Shown here: positions 46,431-55,992 of the stretch, piece by piece
Numbering within the stretch: the stretch's first letter is position 1
Layout: each line of letters begins with the position of its first letter
Virus record (IMG/VR): IMGVR_UViG_3300009419_000013
Coordinates: 1 to 64,000 of that record
Reading direction: 5' to 3' (one strand)
Length of the DNA stretch: 64,000 bases
DNA from: a virus
Position numbers and translations under genes: made by a program
Notes under the pieces: model-generated
Seen by the model: only the letters and a program-made list of their open reading frames with translations
The model's database searches: none
What the model was told of the DNA's origin: nothing

Positions 46431-48923
46431 ATGATGAATAAGAAGAACCCATATATTAATAATCCAATAGCTTCAATGCTTTTTGAAAGCTATAATTCAG
46501 GCATATTGGAAAATGAAAAAGTTGATGCATTATTAAATAAAATAGCAGATAATGCTCTTAATACATTTAAAATATTAACATTTGATCTAGCTCCCAAAAG
46601 GGATAGAAATCCTGATGTTATGAGAGTTAAGTTATCTGATATATCTAACTCCACTAATGTTAAGGAGCTTACCGCAAAACTTGTGGATTATTCTGATGAT
46701 AATGAATTATCAAATTCTAAATATGCTGAGGCTAAGAGACTTTATTTACAGTCATTAAATAAGTTTGCGGAAGCTTTAAATAGAGCTTCAGAGATTTCTA
46801 AGAGTAAGGATGAGGTCATTTTAAAAAGCTTTAAATTGGCTCCTATGAAGCTCCAAAGTAGTCTTGATAATATTGCTAAACAGGCTGAGGACGAAGCAAA
46901 AATAAAAGCAACTAGTGAATCTTTTGAATATCTAGGCGATGCTGTAAATGAATCTATATTTACTGGATACAGAGGAAGGATAGAAAAACTAAAAAAATTG
47001 TTAACTAATCTTATTTCATCTGCGGAAGGAAAAAATCAGAAGAATGGATATGGTAGGGATTGGAAAAGAACTTTCATTGATCTTGACGAGAAAAGAAAAG
47101 TTCTTGATACAACCAGATCTGGATTTGGTGAGAAGGATAAAAAATCATTGGATGAACTGGAGAAGCAAGTAAATAAATTTCAGGATGAATTTAATAACGT
47201 TTTAGTTCAAACTGCTAATAGATCACTACAAGCTCTAGAGGATGATGAAGAAATTTATACGACATATAGCGATGTTGGTGAGTTAACAAATGTAGCATTA
47301 GATTTGTTAACAAGAGCAAAAGCACAATACACACTAGCTGATAAGGAGATTGTTGATGATTATGATGCTCAGGAGTCAACATTCAATAAAACTTTATTTC
47401 CTTTGAAAAGAGGAGACAAGGACTCTGATAAAAAAATGAAAGGGAGTGGACTTGTTTATGCTATACAGAATGCTATATCGAATGGAATACCATCAGCCGG
47501 TAAATTAATAAGATCTAAAGGTGGACCTAATGGAATATATGGACCTGCTACAACATCTGTTATCACAACCATACAGAAGCTATCAGGTAATAAGAATGCC
47601 AATGGCGAAATTGATAAGAATTTACTGGAGGATATAATAGCATCTGACTGGGTTTCTGAAAAAGATAAAAAAGCAATACAGAAGTCGATAGATTCAGCTA
47701 GAATAAAAATGAATGAATCAGCTTTTGGTAGTTTTGATTTTATTGGAATAGACTCTTTCATATCTTCAATAAATGAGGGAAAGATAGTAATTAATAATTC
47801 TGAATTTGAGAAGGAACTATCTAATCAATATAAAGAGGTCAAGTCAAAAACATCATCGACTGAGGGATCAGGTGTTAAAAAGTCCGCCAATTCTAGCGGT
47901 ACTGTTAAGGAACTTGCTAAAGCGCTAAGACAAAATTATAGTCTTAAAGTCGAGTCTGATGATTTTCTTAAAACCGATGGTTCGCTTAAGGCATCATTCA
48001 GTCCTCAGTTTATTGGTGCCTGGAACAAGGCAGTAAATAAGGTTGAAAAAACGAAGGATGATTATTCATATTTCTTTTTCTCTGGTGGAGTGTATCCGAT
48101 TAAATTATCGTCAACTTCACTTAAGAATCCTGCTAACTGGAATAAATGGGCGGATTCAAGACAGCTAAAGGGATTGGGTAATGATGATGCGGTTGATTTC
48201 CTTAGTGATTATCTTAGAAATTGGAAAACTTTTGGTATGGTTAAACCTGATAGTAGATGGAATGGTATAAAATCTGTGATTAAAGTGAGAGAAGATTCTG
48301 ATCTTGCATCAGCTTATGAAATGATGGAGACATCAATACAGAATAAAGGAATTCCTTTCATTGATTTTGATAATTTAAAGGGTGATATAACCAAGGCATT
48401 TAATATGGCTCTACAGAAGTCTGAGAAATCGCCAGATCTTGGAGTGGAGGATTTCACTGCTGTTAATGATTTTATGGTTATGTTATCTAATGCTGTATCC
48501 TTCGATGGTAAAAAATTCATAAGCTGTATAAAGTGGATACATGACCATGTGCTGGGTGAGACGGTAGCCAAAAGGATATCTAAGGATTCCATTTACATGG
48601 AGAGAAGTCTATCTGATGATGAAATACTAAGTTATGTTGGAAGTGATATTAAATTGGTTAAGAGATCATCCATAGGTTCCGGATGGGGAAAAAAATTAGC
48701 TGATAGCAAGAATAGCCCTAGCGAGGATCTTTCTGGATTTGGTCCTTTAATATATTTGAAAGATACTGATTCGAAATATAAAAAAGTACTTGGAGTAAAT
48801 ACTTTCTATATTGCAGCTGATATTTACCCTTCTCTTAAATCACATATTAGAAGAATGAATGCTACTAACTTTGACCAGATACCTCAATTTAAACCCTTTA
48901 AATGCGTGGATGTTAATCTCTAA
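46431..48923 (+). CDS. Large putative virion protein with a central PG_binding_1-like domain
   Basis: LKRGDKD...VYAIQNAI...NGIYGPATTSVITTIQK...NGEIDKN; VNES, MNES and INEG sites. Confidence 0.55.
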   Translation: MMNKKNPYINNPIASMLFESYNSGILENEKVDALLNKIADNALNTFKILTFDLAPKRDRNPDVMRVKLSDISNSTNVKELTAKLVDYSDDNELSNSKYAEAKRLYLQSLNKFAEALNRASEISKSKDEVILKSFKLAPMKLQSSLDNIAKQAEDEAKIKATSESFEYLGDAVNESIFTGYRGRIEKLKKLLTNLISSAEGKNQKNGYGRDWKRTFIDLDEKRKVLDTTRSGFGEKDKKSLDELEKQVNKFQDEFNNVLVQTANRSLQALEDDEEIYTTYSDVGELTNVALDLLTRAKAQYTLADKEIVDDYDAQESTFNKTLFPLKRGDKDSDKKMKGSGLVYAIQNAISNGIPSAGKLIRSKGGPNGIYGPATTSVITTIQKLSGNKNANGEIDKNLLEDIIASDWVSEKDKKAIQKSIDSARIKMNESAFGSFDFIGIDSFISSINEGKIVINNSEFEKELSNQYKEVKSKTSSTEGSGVKKSANSSGTVKELAKALRQNYSLKVESDDFLKTDGSLKASFSPQFIGAWNKAVNKVEKTKDDYSYFFFSGGVYPIKLSSTSLKNPANWNKWADSRQLKGLGNDDAVDFLSDYLRNWKTFGMVKPDSRWNGIKSVIKVREDSDLASAYEMMETSIQNKGIPFIDFDNLKGDITKAFNMALQKSEKSPDLGVEDFTAVNDFMVMLSNAVSFDGKKFISCIKWIHDHVLGETVAKRISKDSIYMERSLSDDEILSYVGSDIKLVKRSSIGSGWGKKLADSKNSPSEDLSGFGPLIYLKDTDSKYKKVLGVNTFYIAADIYPSLKSHIRRMNATNFDQIPQFKPFKCVDVNL

Positions 48924-48942
48924 TAATATTATTAAATTTTAT

Positions 48943-48970
48943 AAAAACGGCCCAAATTGGGTCGTTTTTT
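48943..48970 (+). terminator. Rho-independent terminator
   Basis: AAAAACGGCCCAA-a-TTGGGTCGTTTTTT. Confidence 0.85.
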
Positions 48971-48992
48971 AGTGTTTATAGAAAAAATATAT

Positions 48993-49020
48993 GAAATCAT
49001 ATTGTTCTAATTGCATATAA
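48993..49020 (+). promoter_or_regulatory. Putative middle promoter GAAAT-N17-ATATAA
   Basis: Recurrent bipartite motif. Confidence 0.55.
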
Positions 49021-49036
49021 CTTCTAAACTTTAAGA

Positions 49037-49603
49037 ATGATTTATGTATTCGAAGGGGTTAGAAACTCCGGTAAAACCTATCTATCAAACCATATATCCG
49101 ATGAATTTGGAATAGAAAGATTTCAATTCAATTTTGGATCATATTTTAATTTACTTGATCTGGAGAGTAAAAATAACAGAGAGGCTCATTCGTTCTCTAT
49201 GGGCAAGGAACTTATGTTAATGCAGCTAGCTAAAGATCTGTCAGATAAATCAATTGGTAATTTTATACATGATAGGGGAATTCTTACTGTTTTATCATGG
49301 GGATTATCGGAAAATAGAATAAGCAAGGATGATGTAATTAAGCAGCTTGAGTTTATAAGGGATAATGAGCTTCTTTCTAATATAGTTATAATTCATATAA
49401 AGGGAAACAATCCAAATAGGAGCGATAGAAATAAAGATCAATGGGATTATGCGGATAACGACGATTCTGAATCAATAGCATTTGATTACGTTAAGAAAAA
49501 GCTTATTGAAATATGTAACATTGAGATCCATACAATTACTAACAGATTTGACTTGGAATCAGTTTCTCATCTGGATCTTTTATTTAAAAATTTAATAGAT
49601 TAA
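49037..49603 (+). CDS. Thymidylate/dNMP kinase-like P-loop protein
   Basis: VFEGVRNSGKT Walker A; FIHDRG motif. Confidence 0.75.
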   Translation: MIYVFEGVRNSGKTYLSNHISDEFGIERFQFNFGSYFNLLDLESKNNREAHSFSMGKELMLMQLAKDLSDKSIGNFIHDRGILTVLSWGLSENRISKDDVIKQLEFIRDNELLSNIVIIHIKGNNPNRSDRNKDQWDYADNDDSESIAFDYVKKKLIEICNIEIHTITNRFDLESVSHLDLLFKNLID

Positions 49604-49608
49604 TTGAT

Positions 49609-51018
49609 ATGTGTGGTATACTACTAACAACCGGAGCAAAGACTAATCCAGAGATATTAGATTCTATAAGTCATAGAGGTATAGAGAAATCAACGGAGAC
49701 TATAGGTAACATAACAATGTGTCACCACAGACTGCCAATACAGACACTTGATGGTGATGATTGGAGTCAACCTATCGAGATGTCGGAGGGTGTATATCTT
49801 ATGTTCAATGGAGAAATATTTAATTATGATTCGACTCTGTTCGAATCGGATACTGAATATCTATGCAATCTATTCGGAAAATTTAAAAGCGGAGGTACGT
49901 TAGGATTTTTTGCTGCGATGTATCTTCCGCATATAGTTAAATGGGATGGTTTTTGGGCCATCGTTATATATGATTCTAAGACAGGTAACATAATAACTTT
50001 TACTGACCCCCTTGGTAAGAAATGTTTATATAAAAATGAGCTTGGTGAGATTTGCTCCGAGATGAAGGGATTATATACGGACAATTCAAATATAGATGAT
50101 AAGTTTATAAGTTCCGTTAGAAAATGGGGATATAATAAGGATGACCGGACTCCATATACAAATATAAAAAGATTATTACCCAATAAAATATATTCATATA
50201 ATATTGGATCGCCGTCATTTGAAAACATCTATCATGAATACTATAGATCTTGGGATCTACCAATTCCTGAGCTTATTGATGCTGACTATGATACACATAT
50301 GGAATGGCTATGGTCAAAGATGATCGAAAGTGTTCAGAATAGATTGGTTTCCAGAAATTATCCGATCTCGATATTGGTGTCAGGCGGGTTGGATTCTGCT
50401 ATTATAGCAGGTATTCTTAAGGAGATGAATGCTAATGTAACATGGTTTAGTATAGAGAATGGCGAAACCCCGTTTGTTAATGATTTAAGCAGCCATTTAA
50501 GCACTCCTGTTAATTTTCTAGACTATTCTATGGATAGTGATAAAAATGCTCTTATATACGCTAAATGGAACGAAAGTCCGATAGATCTAGGATCTGTTAT
50601 CCCGCAATATCATTTATTTGAAGCTATTAAGAAAAATACTGATTACAGGATTGTTATAAGCGGTGATGGATCGGATGAATTGTTTGGTGGATATTCAAGA
50701 ATACATGAATATGATTCACAAAAATCGGATATATTCGAGGAGCTTAGCTTTTATCATTTACCTAGACTTGACAAGATGTCAATGGCTCACACATTGGAAC
50801 TTAGAAGTCCTTTTCTAAATCTGGATATAGTTAGATTCGCTATGCATCTCCCACTGGAATGGAGAAAGGATAAAAAAATATTAAAGGACACATTTGGTCC
50901 ACTTTTACCAGCATCCATCGTAGATAGAAAAAAGGAGGCACTTAAGAATCCTGAAATAAAGCAAGACAAAATAGCATATAGACATAAAGCGGTGGATCTT
51001 TTTCTTTCCCTTGCTTAG
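49609..51018 (+). CDS. asnB: Asparagine synthase (glutamine-hydrolysing)-like amidotransferase
   Basis: MCGI, HRG, HRLPI, FNGEIFN, SDTE, SGGLDS, SGDGSDELFGGY, LDKMSMAHTLELRSPFL. Confidence 0.88.
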   Translation: MCGILLTTGAKTNPEILDSISHRGIEKSTETIGNITMCHHRLPIQTLDGDDWSQPIEMSEGVYLMFNGEIFNYDSTLFESDTEYLCNLFGKFKSGGTLGFFAAMYLPHIVKWDGFWAIVIYDSKTGNIITFTDPLGKKCLYKNELGEICSEMKGLYTDNSNIDDKFISSVRKWGYNKDDRTPYTNIKRLLPNKIYSYNIGSPSFENIYHEYYRSWDLPIPELIDADYDTHMEWLWSKMIESVQNRLVSRNYPISILVSGGLDSAIIAGILKEMNANVTWFSIENGETPFVNDLSSHLSTPVNFLDYSMDSDKNALIYAKWNESPIDLGSVIPQYHLFEAIKKNTDYRIVISGDGSDELFGGYSRIHEYDSQKSDIFEELSFYHLPRLDKMSMAHTLELRSPFLNLDIVRFAMHLPLEWRKDKKILKDTFGPLLPASIVDRKKEALKNPEIKQDKIAYRHKAVDLFLSLA

Positions 51019-51068
51019 TGGATGTTTATTATTTTCTGATTGGATATATAGTTTAAATAAAAAATAAG

Positions 51069-51731
51069 ATGCAGAGAATACTTAGACTAGATCAATTTAA
51101 GAGCGATGCTATATCTTTAGAGGAGAATATAGACATTTCAGGAATACTTGGTAAGGTTATACCATCACTGGGAACTGGATTTATCAAAACACTTAAACAG
51201 AAATTAGCAGCAGTGCTGATGGAAAAAATAGGGGTTAAAGAAAATTCAAAATTTTCTATTATTATACAGGAACTAGTGGATTCAATAGAATTTAAAGAAA
51301 TGCCAGGCTTAATAACTGGTGAAAATGCAAATGCAGAATTTCTAGCACCTAGACTAGCTCAGGCTGTGCAAGAATATATACAAAGAAAAGGTATGGATTC
51401 TTTAATCGAGCCTTTTGGTTTGGAACCTAACGGATGGATGTATTCGACCATTAGAGAATCATTACAAGGTGAATTAGGTAAAGAAAAATTAACAGCATTT
51501 TTCATGTCTGCATTTTCTGATGAACCAATAGGAGCAAAAACTATCTCCTCATTAAGCTCTAAAGAAAAAGAAGCATTTAAGAGTGAATTTTTACAAAAAG
51601 CTTCCAAATCTTATCCAACTTCAGCTTCCGCAAGAAATTTAACTTCTGATAGTAAGGAAAATGGTGGTGGTGGAGTATTAGATACTCTATCTGGAATTTG
51701 GGACGGTTTTGTTTCAGGTGCTAAAAAATAA
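51069..51731 (+). CDS. Hypothetical late protein with a CTS-like N-terminus
   Basis: GATATATA at 51043-51050; MQRILRLDQF...LEE. Confidence 0.6.
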   Translation: MQRILRLDQFKSDAISLEENIDISGILGKVIPSLGTGFIKTLKQKLAAVLMEKIGVKENSKFSIIIQELVDSIEFKEMPGLITGENANAEFLAPRLAQAVQEYIQRKGMDSLIEPFGLEPNGWMYSTIRESLQGELGKEKLTAFFMSAFSDEPIGAKTISSLSSKEKEAFKSEFLQKASKSYPTSASARNLTSDSKENGGGGVLDTLSGIWDGFVSGAKK

Positions 51732-51755
51732 ATTAATAACAAAAATAAAATAATT

Positions 51756-51827
51756 ATGAAAGCTATTTGCAATTTAATAACCAGGTTAACATTCGGTATT
51801 GTTTGTTTTGGTTTATGTAAAAAATAA
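51756..51827 (+). CDS. 23-aa Cys-rich hydrophobic peptide MKAICNLITRLTFGIVCFGLCKK
   Basis: A-rich leader (AAAATAAAATAATTATG); fills the gap between two genes. Confidence 0.5.
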   Translation: MKAICNLITRLTFGIVCFGLCKK

Positions 51828-51838
51828 AATTATAGAAT

Positions 51839-52186
51839 ATGAACGTACAGGACGTAGAAAAAAGAGAGGTTCTTGATTATAAACAATTTTTAGGTAAAGT
51901 CCATGATGATACTTATAAACCTTTCGCAGCGGACAATCAAAAAGATTCTAGTGATAGAACGGGTCTTTCAACAATAAAGAGAGAACCAGCTTTTGATTTT
52001 GTTGGTTATGCAGATTCGGTATTTGGTAATAAATCCAAAATAGATGTACCTGCTTATAGAATAGATATGGATGGAAAGCAGGGAGAAGTAGATGCTCAGC
52101 AATTTGGAAATATGTTTAATATGGATACTAGTGAATCGAATGATAATTCTGAATACACTTTTATAAAAAATCTTAGTGATTTTTAA
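51839..52186 (+). CDS. Hypothetical protein
   Basis: CTS-like VLDYKQFL near the N-terminus and FIKNLSDF at the C-terminus. Confidence 0.6.
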   Translation: MNVQDVEKREVLDYKQFLGKVHDDTYKPFAADNQKDSSDRTGLSTIKREPAFDFVGYADSVFGNKSKIDVPAYRIDMDGKQGEVDAQQFGNMFNMDTSESNDNSEYTFIKNLSDF

Positions 52187-52201
52187 ATTTATCATTAAAA
52201 T

Positions 52202-52237
52202 AAAAAAAAGGCTTCGTTCTAAAACGAAGCCTTTTTT
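52202..52237. terminator. Bidirectional terminator between convergent genes
   Basis: AAAAAAAAGGCTTCGTT-ctaa-AACGAAGCCTTTTTT. Confidence 0.88.
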
Positions 52238-52961
52238 ATGATATTTTCTCTATAAACTTTTCTTTTGCTAACCTATATATTTCCGAGTTTTCCTCGAAAT
52301 TTTCATATATCTGAATTACGTATAGACTCGGTGATGATTTTTTTTCTAGATTGGACTCAGCCAATATTTCATGATAAATGTATTCGTAATTCAAAGAAAA
52401 TTTAGAATTCTTTAAATATATTCTTTTTAATATACATATTTCCTTATCCCCCTCATCGGTTTTCATCGTTAATGATCCTTGCCAATGATAAGGTATGATT
52501 TTATCATTTATCATGTTTCTGATTATAAGAATTCCAGAATTTGATTTTTTGTTTAAATTCTTTTCTATTTCTGTTTCAACCTCAAATATCTTTATCTTTG
52601 ATTCCTCATCCTTTAGTATATCCATGCATATTTCTGAATATTCATATAATGTTTCCAGTGAGCTATCTACTATATTTAATATCTTTTCCCTGGTTGATTC
52701 GTCAAGAGCATTAAATTTAAAATTGACTATAATATCTCTATCCTCGGGTTTCCAACCATTAAATGATTTTAACTCCACCGAATTTTTTGATTTAAAGTTT
52801 GTTAATATTCTAAGTAATCTAGAAACCTCCCTTAGAGTGGAGTAGCAATTCTCGGAGTTTAGATTTTTACTGAGCTCTTTTAGATAATCCAGTAGAATAT
52901 ACTCCTTATGCTCCTGATCGATTGGCTCCTTTATGAACCAAATTGGACTTATATTTTTCAT
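52236..52961 (-). CDS. Hypothetical protein; the only credible minus-strand gene
   Basis: Start MKNISPIWFIKEPIDQEHKEYILLDYL at 52961; AATATATA on the minus strand at 52985-52992; bidirectional terminator at its end. Confidence 0.7.
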   Translation of the reverse strand: MKNISPIWFIKEPIDQEHKEYILLDYLKELSKNLNSENCYSTLREVSRLLRILTNFKSKNSVELKSFNGWKPEDRDIIVNFKFNALDESTREKILNIVDSSLETLYEYSEICMDILKDEESKIKIFEVETEIEKNLNKKSNSGILIIRNMINDKIIPYHWQGSLTMKTDEGDKEICILKRIYLKNSKFSLNYEYIYHEILAESNLEKKSSPSLYVIQIYENFEENSEIYRLAKEKFIEKIS

Positions 52962-53047
52962 TTCTTTTAAATGGAATCTTATTTTATATATTTGATTAGA
53001 TAAAAAGTTACGAATGATATATACAATAACTAAAATAAAATTCAAAT

Positions 53048-53479
53048 ATGGCTAAAATATATGATTATGCTGCATTCGCTGGTAGTTCCAAAGGTGCCAA
53101 ATATAACGATTACTCATTTGGGGTTGAATTAAAATATATTGATATAGACATATATGATAGACCGGAGGAATATTCAAATATTTCTGACGCTAAAGTTTTC
53201 ATTGATTATTCGGTTGATCTTATTGTTAATAAAGCTGGAATAGAGGGGATGAATTTTAATATTAGCTCTGTTGAACTTGAATTTATGGTTGATGATCACC
53301 CAAACGAGGATAAGGAATTTGACATAGACCTAATACCTGGTAAAACTATAGACTTTAGTCAGCTTAAAATTGACACTAAGGAAAATACAATACCTTCATA
53401 TCCAGCAAATGTATCCATTAATATGAGAAACTCGACGGATCCTAAAAATTTCGAAATAACCGTAGAGTTCGGAAAATAA
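53048..53479 (+). CDS. Hypothetical late protein
   Basis: GATATATA at 53016-53023; MAKIYDYAAF. Confidence 0.6.
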   Translation: MAKIYDYAAFAGSSKGAKYNDYSFGVELKYIDIDIYDRPEEYSNISDAKVFIDYSVDLIVNKAGIEGMNFNISSVELEFMVDDHPNEDKEFDIDLIPGKTIDFSQLKIDTKENTIPSYPANVSINMRNSTDPKNFEITVEFGK

Positions 53480-53486
53480 TTTAAAG

Positions 53487-54422
53487 ATGAGACATAGAGT
53501 AGTAAATTTTTCACAGTTTAATTTATCCGAATCCGATATAAATAATGAATATAACGTGCCCGGTATAAACAATTATATGACCGATGGATATGAAATATCT
53601 GCATTAGATTGTACCGAATCGGAAACCGAGGATGGTAAAATATTTATCAGAAAAGATACCGGAACATCTGTGCTATTATCTTTTGGTGACACTGAGTGTG
53701 ATATTTGGATACCCAAGGATTCAATTGAAATAAAAAAATTGGATGGTGCTTATATATTGACAATATCACCTGATTCAAAATGGTTTAATCGACCTGAAAA
53801 TAGAATTATAGTGGAAGACTTTATAGAGGGATTTGATTCTTATAGAATCGATAAATCCTCTAGCAATAAGAGAAACATTGACAACGTATTTGATGACATA
53901 TCAACACTATTGGATATGCTTGGTTTGAATATCAATATTAATAATATCGAGATGATATCCGACAATGAGTATGAGATAACATTAGATACTGGAATTTTCA
54001 TATCGCATAAGAGAAGAAGCAGCAGTGATATAATAGGAAATACCAAATTTTATTTGGATCCAAGTTCTTCCGTACCTGGGGTGGAGATAGTATCTACCAA
54101 AAACGGGATAAATTTAATTTCCGATATTCCTGATATCTCCAAGAATGAGATAGAGACGGATTTCGAAAAAATTAAAAATAATCCATATCACAGATATTTA
54201 TTAAAAAGACCTATCGGACTGGAAAGTAATAGTGACAGGGAGAACCTATACTCCCACTATCTGGAGGTTGCAAATTCCAATTTTAAGAATGATTCTAAAT
54301 CGGAAGACCCTAATATATCGGACTCCGGAAGATCGGGAATGGCATACATTAGAGGTATTAAGAAATTAATATCCGAATACATCTCTCCTGAAAAAATTAG
54401 GGAGATATCTCCCGATCTATAA
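53487..54422 (+). CDS. Hypothetical protein with a CTS-like N-terminus
   Basis: MRHRVVNFSQFNLSES. Confidence 0.6.
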   Translation: MRHRVVNFSQFNLSESDINNEYNVPGINNYMTDGYEISALDCTESETEDGKIFIRKDTGTSVLLSFGDTECDIWIPKDSIEIKKLDGAYILTISPDSKWFNRPENRIIVEDFIEGFDSYRIDKSSSNKRNIDNVFDDISTLLDMLGLNININNIEMISDNEYEITLDTGIFISHKRRSSSDIIGNTKFYLDPSSSVPGVEIVSTKNGINLISDIPDISKNEIETDFEKIKNNPYHRYLLKRPIGLESNSDRENLYSHYLEVANSNFKNDSKSEDPNISDSGRSGMAYIRGIKKLISEYISPEKIREISPDL

Positions 54423-54425
54423 GAC

Positions 54426-54454
54426 GAAACAAATTCCATTTACTTTAACTATAA
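54426..54454 (+). promoter_or_regulatory. Putative middle promoter GAAAC-N18-CTATAA
   Basis: Recurrent bipartite motif. Confidence 0.55.
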
Positions 54455-54460
54455 TTTCTG

Positions 54461-54736
54461 ATGGATTTAGCTCCTAATTTTTACCTAGAATCTAACCGGG
54501 TAATATTTATTAAAAAAATTAAAGGATATACCATAATAGAGATCAGAAGACATTCTAGTCCAATTATGGATAATATTATTGAGGTTTGGTACTATGATTC
54601 ACGTAAAAAAATAAAAGGTGAGTCATCATGGATAACCGATAATGATCTTATGTCGCATATTTCCTATTACCGAACTCTTGGTTTTACCGAGATGAGTATA
54701 GAAACAAATCCTAATAACAGGTCTAAAATAAAATAA
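54461..54736 (+). CDS. Hypothetical protein
   Basis: ORF track; promoter motif upstream. Confidence 0.55.
   Translation: MDLAPNFYLESNRVIFIKKIKGYTIIEIRRHSSPIMDNIIEVWYYDSRKKIKGESSWITDNDLMSHISYYRTLGFTEMSIETNPNNRSKIK
54701..54728 (+). promoter_or_regulatory. Putative middle promoter GAAAC-N17-CTAAAA
   Basis: Recurrent bipartite motif inside the upstream gene's 3' end. Confidence 0.55.
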
Positions 54737-54738
54737 AG

Positions 54739-55407
54739 ATGATTAATTTTTTAAATCTCTTTTCTAAAAAATCTAAAAAAAAGAAAAAAATGGAGATAAG
54801 TCAGGAAACTTTGGAGGATGTTATTTCAAAGTACTCCGAAATGGAGTTTCAGTGGATAAAGGGTGAAGATATGTCAGTAACAGAGACATATAAAGATGTA
54901 AACTCCAATGGGGAGGACGTTTTCATTATTTTTAAGAGCGGAAAAAGGATAAACTTATCATTATTGGATGAATATATGGTTTGGTTCCCAGCAAACACAA
55001 GAATTCCAGAAACACCTGTTATTGATCAGAAACCAATTAGAGTTAAATCTGAGCCGATGGTTACATCTATCCAATATTCAGACCAGCCAAATGGTGCATT
55101 CGATGAATCTCCGATATATAAGTTATTAAAAAAACAGAAAAAAAATACTGTTGAGGTTTCAATAAAGCTTAAATTAAATTTACCATCGAAGGATTTATAT
55201 AATGTATTATGTCTTTCTTTTGATGATGCTGAAAAGGAAATAGTTGATTTTGTTTTGGATGACGTTAATATAGACGATATTAAGAGATCACTAGGCGAAT
55301 CAATAAGAAAATCCTATTATACTGCATCAAGCAAATCTAATGATTCAGCTAAGGAGCCTATAGTAACAAATAGAAGAAGAAATAATAGCACCACCAATGA
55401 AAAATAA
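54739..55407 (+). CDS. Hypothetical protein
   Basis: ORF track; real start may be the downstream MEISQ. Confidence 0.6.
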   Translation: MINFLNLFSKKSKKKKKMEISQETLEDVISKYSEMEFQWIKGEDMSVTETYKDVNSNGEDVFIIFKSGKRINLSLLDEYMVWFPANTRIPETPVIDQKPIRVKSEPMVTSIQYSDQPNGAFDESPIYKLLKKQKKNTVEVSIKLKLNLPSKDLYNVLCLSFDDAEKEIVDFVLDDVNIDDIKRSLGESIRKSYYTASSKSNDSAKEPIVTNRRRNNSTTNEK

Positions 55408-55981
55408 AGATAAAGTTTGCTACGAAGCTCCTAAATTTAAGGTTGTCGAAAGGGAGGGTAAAGCTGGTATAGTTTCGACAGTCGAGACCGTTATGATTTT
55501 ACCGTTCATTTCAGATGATCAAGGTTTACCCCTGATGTTGGGGGTCATTAAAGAACCTAATCTTTTTAGAGAGGGAGGTAATACCACAAGTTTGATTACT
55601 GGAACGTGTGATGATGAAGACCCCGATTATTTAGCTACAGCTAAAAGGGAGCTAAAAGAGGAATCTGGATATGATGTTGAAGATAGTTCGAAATGGTATT
55701 TTTTAGGAACTGTCACATCCAATAAGTTTGTACAGAAGGAATATCCATGTTTCGCTGTTAATGTTACCGATATTAAAAAGGGTAAAGCTGAAACTGATGG
55801 CTCTAAGCAGGAAAAAATGGCAGAATTTACTTTTATTCCTGCTAACGATGTTGTTAAATCTCAGGATGTTTTCATCCCAGCATTATTTCTAAAACTTTTT
55901 AAGTTTGTGGTTGGTATGGATTTGTATAATAGAGACGATTCAGTTTTTGGTAAGGATAAAGGATTTTCGGTAGATATTTAA
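55397..55981 (+). CDS. NUDIX hydrolase
   Basis: GTCDDEDPDYLATAKRELKEESGY Nudix box. Confidence 0.88.
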   Translation: MKNKDKVCYEAPKFKVVEREGKAGIVSTVETVMILPFISDDQGLPLMLGVIKEPNLFREGGNTTSLITGTCDDEDPDYLATAKRELKEESGYDVEDSSKWYFLGTVTSNKFVQKEYPCFAVNVTDIKKGKAETDGSKQEKMAEFTFIPANDVVKSQDVFIPALFLKLFKFVVGMDLYNRDDSVFGKDKGFSVDI

Positions 55982-55992
55982 TTTTATATATT

